From: a virus
Virus record (IMG/VR): IMGVR_UViG_3300028586_000006
Coordinates: 1-45,518 of that record
Strand: one strand, 5' to 3'
DNA: 45,518 bases
Position numbers and translations under genes: made by a program. The notes beneath the pieces were generated by a model. That model was not told where the DNA came from and made no database searches. It saw only the letters and a program-made list of their open reading frames with translations. Positions 1 through 9,010 of the stretch are shown in pieces. The stretch's first letter is position 1, and each line of letters opens with the position of its first letter.

Positions 1-127
1 TGTCCATCGTCGAGCCGAAGGTCAGGTCGAGCCCGTTCGCGGCGCTGGCGGCGCGTTGCGCGCCGATCGACTGCGCGAGCATCCGATAGCGCTGAAGCTG
101 CGCCGTCTGTCCGCGCGATACCGCATC
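1..127. repeat. Terminal direct repeat; bases 1-127 are identical to 45392-45518 (end overlap of a circular or circularly permuted genome)
   Basis: Both window ends read tgtccatcgtcgagccgaaggtcaggtcgagcc...ccgcgcgataccgcatc. The repeat cuts through a coding frame that continues seamlessly across it. Confidence 0.95.
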
Positions 128-283
128 GGCGGCGGCACGGCGTTCCATCGCGGCGTTTTGCTGCGCAACCTGATCCTGGTAACGCCCTTGCGCGCGCGAC
201 GCGGCACCGGAATAGAGTTGCGCGCCGGCGGTCGCTACGGCGCCGGCGATCGCGAGGGGTGCAATGGCAGCCGGGCCGCACAT
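1..283 (-). CDS. Internal virion protein in the T7 gp14 position, N-terminal part (gene wraps and continues at 45391..45159; 171 aa in total)
   Basis: ATG at 283-281 overlaps the upstream HNH stop (TAATG). My translation MCGPAAIAPLAIAGAVATAGAQLYSG...QRYRMLAQSIGAQRAASAANGLDL joins in frame to ORF 45159..45473 through the end repeat. Both termini are Gly/Ala-rich and hydrophobic. It sits between the gp13-position and M23 (gp15-position) genes. Confidence 0.75.
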   Translation of the reverse strand, partial: MCGPAAIAPLAIAGAVATAGAQLYSGAASRAQGRYQDQVAQQNAAMERRAAADAVSRGQTAQLQRYRMLAQSIGAQRAASAANGLDLTFGSTMD

Positions 284-705
284 TAAATCACCCCCTTCTT
301 GCGCCAATATACATCATACTCGCATTGACGACAAAACCGATGACCCCGAATATTAATCCCTGTGTTCCTTGCGTCAAATTCGTGCCCATATTTGCAATGT
401 GTTTTGCGGGCATTGACCGCCACTTGATTGACCCCGCGAAGAGTATTTTCGCGCACTGTTACGATTTCCATATGCTCTGGATTTACGCAATGCCGTCGTC
501 GGCACAAATGATCTAACACTTTTCCTTCAGGAATGGGACCATGTGTCGCTTCGTATAGATAGCGATGCGCTCGAACGCGTTTACGGTCTGCCATGCAACG
601 GGCGTACCCGTCATTGTCCAGCGGGCCTGTCCACAGCCAACAACCATCCACGTTAGCGGAAGTTCGATCCTTCACTATGTCGGGGGTGGTGCGTACGCCT
701 TGCAA
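283..705 (-). CDS. HNH homing endonuclease (HNH_3-type)
   Basis: 140 aa with CWLWTG...DGY...RAHR...DHLCRRRHCVNPEHME...EN motifs. G+C is visibly lower than in the flanks. The start is probably TTG at 705, after GAGGTGG. The stop overlaps the next start (TAATG). Confidence 0.85.
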   Translation of the reverse strand: MQGVRTTPDIVKDRTSANVDGCWLWTGPLDNDGYARCMADRKRVRAHRYLYEATHGPIPEGKVLDHLCRRRHCVNPEHMEIVTVRENTLRGVNQVAVNARKTHCKYGHEFDARNTGINIRGHRFCRQCEYDVYWRKKGVI

Positions 706-714
706 GATCCACCT

Positions 715-1161
715 CTAAGAAAGCCGGGTAAACGGACGCATCGGTTGCCCACGAATAACATCAACAGCGCCGACATGGAAGCCTAGCCGTGACAGCCACC
801 GGATCGCCTTGTCGTTTCGCGCGTGGACGTGGTTTTCGAGGATCCGGTAATGGCGCGCGAGCGCCGCGGTGTAGAGGTTGCCGAGCCGCACGATCGCGCG
901 ATGCTGTCGCGCACCGTCGTCGGTCATCAGCATCCATATCCGGCCACGCCCTTCGAGCACCGAGACCGGCACGACACCGAACATCGCTTCCGGTCGGCCG
1001 TCGATCTTGACCGTCCAGCACGTCTCGCTGGTCTGGATCCCCGCGCGCAGCGCCTCTCGCGGCGTCATGCCGATGATCGCACATTCGTCACGATCGATCG
1101 GTCGGATGCGGTTAGCGAGCGTGCCGATATGCGCGGGGCTTGACGGACACACTTCAATCAC
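715..1161 (-). CDS. Hypothetical virion assembly/internal protein in the T7 gp13 position, with a GNAT-like C-terminal motif
   Basis: 148-aa ORF with a GTG start. The C-terminal segment ENHVHARNDKAIRWLSRLGF resembles the acetyltransferase-fold N..AIR.Y.KLGF motif. The call rests on position between the nozzle and gp14-like genes. The family assignment is not verified. Confidence 0.6.
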   Translation of the reverse strand: MIEVCPSSPAHIGTLANRIRPIDRDECAIIGMTPREALRAGIQTSETCWTVKIDGRPEAMFGVVPVSVLEGRGRIWMLMTDDGARQHRAIVRLGNLYTAALARHYRILENHVHARNDKAIRWLSRLGFHVGAVDVIRGQPMRPFTRLS

Positions 1162-1169
1162 ATCATATA
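1140..1169 (+). promoter_or_regulatory. Putative sigma70-type promoter for the tRNA (TTGACG-N18-CATATA)
   Basis: TTGACG at 1140-1145 and CATATA at 1164-1169, ending 11 nt before the tRNA 5' end. The same TTGACG-N18-CATATA arrangement recurs at 23294-23265 on the - strand. Confidence 0.5.
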
Positions 1170-1180
1170 ACCCGCATCGC

Positions 1181-1254
1181 GTCGGTGTGGTGTAACGGTA
1201 GCACTACGGTCTCCAAAACCGTCAGCCTAGGTTCGAACCCTAGCACCTTCGCCA
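1181..1254 (+). tRNA. tRNA-Trp (anticodon CCA), genome-encoded CCA end
   Basis: Manual cloverleaf:
- acceptor GTCGGTG/CACCTTC;
- D arm GTGT-AACGGTA-GCAC;
- anticodon arm ACGGT-CTCCAAA-ACCGT;
- variable loop CAGC;
- T arm CTAGG-TTCGAAC-CCTAG;
- discriminator G, then CCA.

There are two mismatches, at pairs 2-71 and 3-70. It lies in the 95-nt gap between two - strand late genes. Confidence 0.75.
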
Positions 1255-1256
1255 TC

Positions 1257-3049
1257 TCACTCATCACCGATCTCGGGCGACAGGAACAACCCGGTGATGT
1301 GCATCGGCATCGGTTGTGTCTGCCGGATCGTCAGCGTTGCCCCGTCGCTCCAGCTGCTCGGCAGCGGCACGTCGTAATCGCGCGCCGCGATGACCGGCAG
1401 CACGCCCATCGGTTGTTCCAGTCGCTCGGGCAACGGCTCGTAGGTCGGCGTCACGCCAGGCGCGCCCGTCACCGCCACCTCGACGCCCTTCGTGTCGAGC
1501 GCACGAACGGTCACCTGTCCGATCGTTTGTCGATTGACGTGCGCGGTGCCGCCCTGCCCGGCAAGTGTTAGCGGCAGCGTCTCGATCACTGCCTCGTAGG
1601 GCAGCCCGACGCTGACGATCGACGCTTCCGCCTGAAGCGTCACCGCGCCGCCCGACACCACGAGCCCCGCTTCGGCATATCCATCGTAAAACGCCGAGAC
1701 GACCCGGCCTTCCAGGTGATCCAAGCCGGTGACGACACGCTGCGGCGGATCGTAGACCTGCGTCACCGCGCAATCGACGTGACACGCCGACGTGTAATCA
1801 TCGCCGTGCGGCAGCGCCATGCGCTCATAGAACCGCTGCGTCGCTCCCCCGATGACGCGCCGCGTGATGACGTAGACGCGATCGAACCCGCTCTCGGTGA
1901 TAACCGCCACGTCCTCGAAGAAGCCGTCCGTCTCGCAAACGGTCCAGCCCCATACGTCCTGTTCCTTTTCCCAGGTGAAGCAATAGAGCAGCCCGCCAGC
2001 GGTGACACACCAGATGCACGAATACGGCTCGTTTTGGTACGCCCATGAAACGATCGTATCGGCTTCGAAGAGATGCGGCGAGAAGATCGCCACGTTGTTC
2101 GACTGGAACCCGTCGACGTTGAAGGAGAAACCGAGCGCGCGCACCGACGAGCCCTGGTTCGGTTGAAAAAACACCGTCTCGTCGATCTCGATCGCAGGCA
2201 GCCGCGACGCGCCGCGGTTGCCCTGCTTCTTCGGGATGAACGCGCTCGGCGCCAGTGCCTTGTCGCTACCCCCGCTGACCGCAAAGATCGCGTCGGTCGT
2301 CAGTGCAAGCAGGCTGCTCGACGAGACGAGCTGACTGATCGAGTTCGCGCGCCGCCCGAGCAGCGCGAACGCGAAGCTATCATCGTCCTTCGCCGGTCGC
2401 GAGCTGTCGAGGTTCTCGAAGTCGCCAGACTGTGTGCCCCATATCCCGTTCGGCTTGTTCAGCGTCCGCCCGAGGATCTTGCGCTGCTCGTGAAAGGTGA
2501 TCGTCGACGGATAGTTGCCCGCGCCGACGAAATAATTCGTGCCCTTCGGCGGCGTGTCGGACAAGTCGGCGGTGATGACCGGCGTTCCGTCGCGGAACGA
2601 CAACCCCTCGGTGCCGCCGATGAAGCCGAACACCCCGTTGTTGCCCTTGTAGACCGCATACCGGCTAGCGCCCGCAACCGCACTCCACGACACCGTGTTG
2701 TAATTGCCGTCGAGCGTCAGGTCGTTCGTGACGTTGGCGATCGCCGATGCGCGGCTCTCCTGCCCGACGTCGTCCGATATCGCGGTGACGACATACTGAT
2801 AGCCCGCCGCGACATAGCCTGTTGTATTCGGCGTGGTCGCCGCCGCGCCGACGCTAACCGGAGCAGTGATCGTCGGCCCGTAGGTGACCTGCGTGAACGA
2901 CCAGCTGGTATGCGCGGCACGCGTCAGGCGCTGCTCGGGTCGGTTGATATGGACAAAATACATCACGTTCGCGGTCTGCGCGAACTGAAGCCCCGCCAGA
3001 TCCTCGGCGTTGTACGGCGTGTTGAAGCGATACGCGCGCGCAACGCCCA

Positions 3050-3050
<1 letters not shown>
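1257..3050 (-). CDS. Tail tubular protein B / nozzle (T7 gp12-like), main body, with an FN3-like insert
   Basis: 597 aa. It begins YRFNTPYNAEDLAGLQFAQTANVMYFVH, which follows directly (ATGA overlap) after an ORF carrying the gp12-type N-terminus. The segment GYQYVVTAISDDVGQESRAS...YAVYKG looks fibronectin-III-like. It sits downstream of the gp11-like gene. Confidence 0.7.
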
Positions 3051-3720
<670 letters not shown>

Positions 3721-3721
<1 letters not shown>

Positions 3722-4410
3722 CAGGAGATGCCCGCAGGATCGTACGGGTAGCCGCGCCAGAACGTCTCAATGCCGTAGCCGCCGCGCGCAATCTCGGTCT
3801 CCGTCGGCGTGTTGCCGTACGTCGGCATGTTCTCGTTGGCGTTGCGTGCCATCGCCATCGCCAGCGCGTTCGCCGCGTCCTGCTCATACTTCTGCGCGAG
3901 GCTCGGCTTCTTCGTCACCGGCACCGCGAAGCGCGCCGCCAACGACAACACGATGATGTTGGCAAATTCCTCGCTGAACTCCGCCTCGGTCGTCTGGTAA
4001 CTGGTATGGTCGATCGCCGCGCCGATGACGCTCGAATAGATCACGTCGCCGACGCGCTCGAACAGGTTCGCGCCGCCGATGCCGCGCAGCGCAGCATAAT
4101 AGCCGGTGCTGTCATCGCCCGGCCCGATGCCGTAGATGTAGGCGGCGTCAGTCGGCCGCGCATAGGCGAACTGCCAACGCGCCGATCGGGTGTTGGCGCC
4201 GAGTGGCTGAAGCGCGGTGCGCCGCGCTGCCAGGTTCCAGTGATGCCGCTCGAGCAGCCACGCCACCGTCGGCTTATACCAACGGCGCGCGGTGCGCGCA
4301 GCGACACCCGGCACCTGATCATCGAGTGACGAGATCGGCTCGGCGAAGATCAGGTCGAGCGCGCGATTGCAAAGCTCGCTGCCGGTGATCGAGGTGCGGA
4401 AACTGCTCAT
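3721..4410 (-). CDS. Tail tubular protein A / adaptor-gatekeeper (T7 gp11-like)
   Basis: 229 aa. The N-terminal pattern GSELCNRALDLIFAEPISSLDDQ..AARTARRWYKPTVAWLLERHHWNLA matches the gp11 pattern [40 protein letters not shown]. The start overlaps the upstream stop (ATGA). Confidence 0.7.
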
Positions 4411-4979
4411 CCCGGTACGTCGCTCCTAGCCACCGCAATGATCGAGAACCGCGTTCCGACTACACTAGCAGCGAAGAGATTGAATACACCACCGAGTAGG
4501 AGTGTGACAAGGTTCGTTGGAATGGTCTGTGCTTTCCAGACGCGCACCGTGCAGCCGGTATAATCGGTCGCGGCAGCGTCGGGTAGTGTCGCCGTCGGTC
4601 CCTTCGTCCACGCCAGCACGCGACTGTTCGTCGGTTGTGCGGCGGCAGCCGTATCGTTCGCCGTGGGTGTCACCGTGTCCGCACTCGGCGGCAGTTCTTG
4701 ATAATCGATCCCGGGCTCGTTCGTGAACGCGCGTGTGAACAGGATCGTCGCGGTATTGCCTGTCGTAATGCTACCTACAGTCGTACTAGTCAGCCGCGGA
4801 TGTCGGTGATCGTCACGCGACGCGACCTGCGCACCGCCCGCCGCCGGAGTGACCGCTTCGCTACGCGGCGTGGAATTGCCGAGCAACGCGTTCGCGACTG
4901 CGGCCGGCGTAGGCACCACCGCAGCTAGTATGTCGCGAAGTCGCTCTTCCGTAAGACCTGTTGTGGATACTTCGCCCAT
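4407..4979 (-). CDS. Hypothetical tail-fibre-region protein
   Basis: 190 aa from ATG 4979 (TAATG overlap with the upstream stop): MGEVSTTGLTEERLRDILAAV... Thr/Ala-rich. Translationally coupled on both sides. Confidence 0.7.
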   Translation of the reverse strand: MGEVSTTGLTEERLRDILAAVVPTPAAVANALLGNSTPRSEAVTPAAGGAQVASRDDHRHPRLTSTTVGSITTGNTATILFTRAFTNEPGIDYQELPPSADTVTPTANDTAAAAQPTNSRVLAWTKGPTATLPDAAATDYTGCTVRVWKAQTIPTNLVTLLLGGVFNLFAASVVGTRFSIIAVARSDVPG

Positions 4980-5611
4980 TATCCTACCCCCGCTCCCGAA
5001 CGCCATGTATCGTATTGCGTAGCTAAATTACTAGCGGCCCTCAACACCATGCCCGCTAATGTTCCTGTCCCAACAGCAGTTGCGGCACTAGCAACCATTG
5101 TGCCATTTACCGAAAGAAACGCAGTACCTCCTACTGCGTATATCTTAACTACATCACCCACCGCGGGGGCTACAGTGTATTGCGCAAGGCGCGATCCTGC
5201 CCCTGCGACGCTTTGAATAATATCAAAACTAGTAGATGTCTGTCGAAATGCGATGTACGACCCATCAGCACTTATTCGGATAGCTGGCAAAGCAGCCACT
5301 GAAGCAAGATTTACTAACGCACCTACGACAATCTCTGCGAAGCTATCCGCCGAACCGGTGTCTGGTGCAACAGTAAATCCAACAACAGTCTTGCCAACTC
5401 CGGTTACGTTCAGCTTACCGCCGACGATACTGAACGATCCAGAAGAGCCGGTGTATACGATCCAATTCGGGCTCGTGTCGAGCGTCTGATCTGTCCGATC
5501 GAAATCGTCATAGAACAGCCCTACGACTTGCGCGGGTGTCCCAGTAACGGGCAACTGCTTCCGCCCTCGCGCACGCAAGGCGGTCGTGCGAAGGCTGAAC
5601 AGCCCCACCAT
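4979..5611 (-). CDS. Hypothetical protein, possibly a ConA/LamG-like jelly-roll (candidate receptor-binding accessory)
   Basis: 210-aa ORF. G+C is markedly lower (two sampled 60-nt lines give 53% and 43%). FYDDFDRTDQTLDTSPNWIVYTGS...GGKLNV is reminiscent of LamG-type domains. The fold call is a guess. Confidence 0.65.
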   Translation of the reverse strand: MVGLFSLRTTALRARGRKQLPVTGTPAQVVGLFYDDFDRTDQTLDTSPNWIVYTGSSGSFSIVGGKLNVTGVGKTVVGFTVAPDTGSADSFAEIVVGALVNLASVAALPAIRISADGSYIAFRQTSTSFDIIQSVAGAGSRLAQYTVAPAVGDVVKIYAVGGTAFLSVNGTMVASAATAVGTGTLAGMVLRAASNLATQYDTWRSGAGVG

Positions 5612-6138
5612 TAGATCTCCGTCATCGTTACCGCCGCAGTGCCAGAAGCAGCGACGAAGTTGACGAGCTGATTGGTAGAAATGTTGAAGGATGCGCCAGG
5701 AGCGACGGTGTATGTACCTGCCGAACCGATAGCAGCGACGCCGCCAAATTCGTTGTAGCCCACATTTACGGTGCCGACGTTCTGACCTTGCAGGATGTAG
5801 CGACTGGCGTTCGCTGTTACGTTCAAGCCGCCACTGGTCGTCGTCGCAGTGCCACTGCGATTGACCCCGGCGGGGAGGAAGCCGAATGCACGCGCGAATA
5901 GAACGTACAGCCCTTTCGCCAGCCCGGTTAGTGTGCCCGCTGCCGCTCCGGTGCGATCAGCGTAAGCCGCATCAGCGGCAGCGCCTGTCGCGTCACGGAT
6001 GGATGTGAGCCGGGCGATCTCGGTCGTCTGGTTTGCCGCAGTAGCGTCGGAGGTTCCCCCGCCGCCGCCACCGCCGCCCGCTGTGTTATTAGCGATGCGA
6101 TAGAGTAGTGTGCGTTCGCTATCTAATTCGTACGCCAT
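5611..6138 (-). CDS. Hypothetical tail-fibre-like protein with a poly-Gly tract
   Basis: 175 aa from ATG 6138 (GGAG 9 nt upstream): MAYELDSERTLLYRIANNTAGGGGGGGGTSDATAANQTTEIARLTSIRDATG..., a fibre-like N-terminal motif. The stop overlaps the next start (TAATG). Confidence 0.7.
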   Translation of the reverse strand: MAYELDSERTLLYRIANNTAGGGGGGGGTSDATAANQTTEIARLTSIRDATGAAADAAYADRTGAAAGTLTGLAKGLYVLFARAFGFLPAGVNRSGTATTTSGGLNVTANASRYILQGQNVGTVNVGYNEFGGVAAIGSAGTYTVAPGASFNISTNQLVNFVAASGTAAVTMTEI

Positions 6139-6168
6139 AGCTACCAACTCCCTGTTTCTGGTTACTTA

Positions 6169-7449
6169 TCAACGCGCTGGAATATCGACAAGCCGCGGGT
6201 TGGTGTTCCATGAGAAGTTACCGGTCTGTCGCAGCGCGGTGCCGTTGCCGAGATTGCCACTGTCGCAGTTCAGATGCCGGTCGATGCAGTTGCTCGTCCA
6301 GGTGGCGAGAACGCCATCGTCCCATGCACCAAACCAATCGGCGTGAAACGTCGAACCGGCAGGCATTCGCGCCATGCCGGGCATATCATCGGATGACAGG
6401 AACCAGCTATCCGCGCGCGCCTCATCGACGCTGTACCAGGCACCGAGCGTGAACGCCGGGATGATGTAAGGATGCGTCGCGGGACACTTCGGGTAGCCCC
6501 ACGATCCGTAGCTTGTATCGGCGACGTGGTCGCGGTGGTTGGGGCTGTCGAGCCGCTTGCCGTCCCAGCACGGCGGCGAGCTGATGATCGCCCCGAGCCG
6601 TGCACCAGCCGGGCAGCCCTTCGCCGCTTCGGTGATCGTGTCGAAATGGCCCGATACAGCTTGAACCGTCGCGGTGCCAAGGCAATCGAAAAACGCGGAG
6701 CCGGTCGACGGCTTCCCGGTCATCACGTCATGGCCGAAGATGTAGCGCAGGCCGCGCGGCAGGGCGACACACTTTACCCCCATCGCCTGCGGACCTTTGC
6801 CGCAGCGGGGGTCATCGGCCGGGAGCCGCTTGTAATAATTCGACACGAAGTCGGGGCGCACGACATGACCCTTCCCGTCGAGCATCGCCGGGATCCAGTA
6901 GGCGCTACGGTTCAATATATTGCCGCAGGTGCTCTCACCCGCCGACCGGAGGCTTGCGTACGTGGAGAATGCATTCGTGCTGGTGTTGCCGAAGAACTGG
7001 TGGAGGTGCGACTTGCCTGGCTGCTTCGGCCACACGAGCGGATCGTTATAGCCGATGTGTCCCGGCTGACAGATGAAGCGGAATGCGCCGATCGGATCGG
7101 GGGCGTTGTCGGCCGGGACCGGCCACGGCTGAAGTAGGTTCGCGACGACATCCGGTGCTGTCAGCACAACAGCCGGTATCTTCGTGAAATCGGCGCCTAG
7201 CTCGGGTTCTTCAACATCGCCGACCGAAGCGAGAAGCTGCAGTACCCGCTTCTCGCGGTTGGCGATGCTGATGTCAGCCTTATCCTTGGCGCCCTTGAAG
7301 CATTCGATATCCTCGCGCAGCTTTTCGACGACCTTCGCCGTCCACACGTTCTGCCCGCTGTAGTTGTAGCACCCCTTGTCGATCTGTGCGGACGCTGGCG
7401 CGGCGGCGAACGCAGCGGCTATCGCGGTTAAGGCGAGCAGGAAGCGCAT
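6169..7449 (-). CDS. Secreted DUF1996-like protein with a Sec signal peptide
   Basis: 426 aa from ATG 7449 (TGATG overlap with the tailspike stop; GGAGG 9 nt upstream). The N-terminus MRFLLALTAIAAAFAAAPASA|QIDKG is a classic signal peptide with an AXA site. The core FRFICQPGHIGYNDPLVWPKQPGKSHLHQFFGN...STCGN..NRSAYWIPAML matches my memory of the DUF1996 signature (DPIV.PG..S.H.H.F.G ... SaYW.P). Confidence 0.75.
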   Translation of the reverse strand: MRFLLALTAIAAAFAAAPASAQIDKGCYNYSGQNVWTAKVVEKLREDIECFKGAKDKADISIANREKRVLQLLASVGDVEEPELGADFTKIPAVVLTAPDVVANLLQPWPVPADNAPDPIGAFRFICQPGHIGYNDPLVWPKQPGKSHLHQFFGNTSTNAFSTYASLRSAGESTCGNILNRSAYWIPAMLDGKGHVVRPDFVSNYYKRLPADDPRCGKGPQAMGVKCVALPRGLRYIFGHDVMTGKPSTGSAFFDCLGTATVQAVSGHFDTITEAAKGCPAGARLGAIISSPPCWDGKRLDSPNHRDHVADTSYGSWGYPKCPATHPYIIPAFTLGAWYSVDEARADSWFLSSDDMPGMARMPAGSTFHADWFGAWDDGVLATWTSNCIDRHLNCDSGNLGNGTALRQTGNFSWNTNPRLVDIPAR

Positions 7450-8990
7450 CAGAACACCCTCCAAGTATTAGTCGCCACCTTGCGCGCGCGCACCTGGCCG
7501 AACTGCGCCGACGTGGTCGCGCTCAGGCCGGTCGGGATTTGGAGCGTCACGCCGCTGAACGGGGCAAGCGTCACCGCACCAGCGCCCTCCTGCGAGACAG
7601 TGATAACGTCGCCCACAGTGCCGAACCGATCGCCTTCAGGCGGGATGGTTGCGACGATCGGTGTCGTGGTGTTCGCGTGGTTGGCCGCAAGGATACGGTT
7701 CATCTCACTACGCCGCACCGTCGCGTTGCCGGTGATGGTGCGGGCCACAGTGCCGTCAAGCTGCGGGAACTGATAGCCCGCGCTATCGACCCCCGCGCCG
7801 CCGATCAACGGCACCGCGCCGAATGGCGCGACCGTGCCGACGTACATCGCGCGTTCGTTGTAGACGACGTTGTTGCCGGCCTCGTTGAGTGCGTCCGCTT
7901 CAAGGATCATCGACAACGTGCTGTTGCCGGTGACGCGGATCGGGCCGTCAATGCGCCCGCCACCCGACGCCCGCGGGATCTTAAGAATGGAGGTAAGGGC
8001 GACGTTGGCGCCGATGTTGGCTTGAACGTGGCCGACCTTGTGTCCTTGACCGTCGAGATCGATGCCGCGGATGCCTGTGCGCGCCGCCTGCGCAGCGAAC
8101 TGCAAATAAGCGCTCGCGATCGTGATCCCGGCCGACGCGGCGCGGCTGCGGAACAGCGTGGCGTTGTCGACAAGGATCGTGCTTTCGAGCTTCAACACAC
8201 CGTCGAACGCGATCTTGTACGGCCCGCTGTTGCTGCCGTTGCCGTCGTCGCTGATCGAGATCGCCATGTTGCGGAACGTCTCGAACCGCGTGGTGCCAGA
8301 AAAAGTGATGATGTTTGCCTTGTCAGGCCCCGAGCCGAGAATGCGCATCACCGCGTCCGCGTCACCAAGCGGTCCGCCGCAGTTGTTCGCGGAAAAGTCC
8401 ATGAACGTGCAGTCCCACGCTTCCCGCAGCGAGACTGCGGTGCCCGGAGAGCCGACGAAGCGGATCGGTCCGATGTAGGAGGTTGAGAGGAAATCTACGT
8501 TTAGCAGCAACCCCGATTTGATGTTCGGAGACGCACCCGCGCTGAGCTGAATATCTGACAGAACCATGCCGGTCTTGTGTGTCGCGCCGCTGTTGTCGCC
8601 GAGCACCCCGGCCATACTGACGAGGTCATTACCATCCGGGAATGCCGCGCTCTTGCGCAGGATGGTCGACTCCTTTGCCGCGCCGCGCAGTCCGCACTTG
8701 GTCGGGATGACGATTGTCTCGTCCGTTTCGAACATACCTCGACCGAGATACAGAATGCCGCCGCCGGTTGCCGCGAGTTGCTGGAGCCGCTTGTTGATGG
8801 CCGGTCCACTGTTGCCGGATGCGGATGGGAGCAATTCCACCATCGTCGCCACGCCACGGGGAGGCGCGATATTCACGGCGGCGGCGAGATACTGCGCGAC
8901 GTCGTCCAGTGAAAGCCACACGGGATTGTCGCCCTGGTTGGCACGGATCATCTCCTGACCGGTGACCGGCGAAGTGTTGGGCGACGACAT
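7449..8990 (-). CDS. Tailspike / depolymerase 1 (right-handed beta-helix, pectate-lyase-like)
   Basis: 513 aa. GGGILYLGRGMFETDETIVIPTKCGLRGAAKESTIL is typical of Pectate_lyase_3-type tailspikes. It is followed by Gly/Asn/Ser-rich, repeat-like beta-helix sequence. Confidence 0.75.
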   Translation of the reverse strand: MSSPNTSPVTGQEMIRANQGDNPVWLSLDDVAQYLAAAVNIAPPRGVATMVELLPSASGNSGPAINKRLQQLAATGGGILYLGRGMFETDETIVIPTKCGLRGAAKESTILRKSAAFPDGNDLVSMAGVLGDNSGATHKTGMVLSDIQLSAGASPNIKSGLLLNVDFLSTSYIGPIRFVGSPGTAVSLREAWDCTFMDFSANNCGGPLGDADAVMRILGSGPDKANIITFSGTTRFETFRNMAISISDDGNGSNSGPYKIAFDGVLKLESTILVDNATLFRSRAASAGITIASAYLQFAAQAARTGIRGIDLDGQGHKVGHVQANIGANVALTSILKIPRASGGGRIDGPIRVTGNSTLSMILEADALNEAGNNVVYNERAMYVGTVAPFGAVPLIGGAGVDSAGYQFPQLDGTVARTITGNATVRRSEMNRILAANHANTTTPIVATIPPEGDRFGTVGDVITVSQEGAGAVTLAPFSGVTLQIPTGLSATTSAQFGQVRARKVATNTWRVF

Positions 8991-9010
8991 CGTTTGGTAT
9001 CCCCTATTAC

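Noticed and set aside
1-127. The terminal repeat as biological direct terminal repeats, as in T7-like phages.
   Set aside because: Its length equals a standard assembler k-mer, and it interrupts an ORF that reads through it seamlessly. I treated it as a circularisation overlap, pending read-level evidence.
1181-1254. The tRNA as an attP core or integration remnant of a temperate phage.
   Set aside because: The tRNA is full length with its own promoter-like sequence. No integrase, excisionase or CI-type repressor gene is present anywhere in the closed genome.
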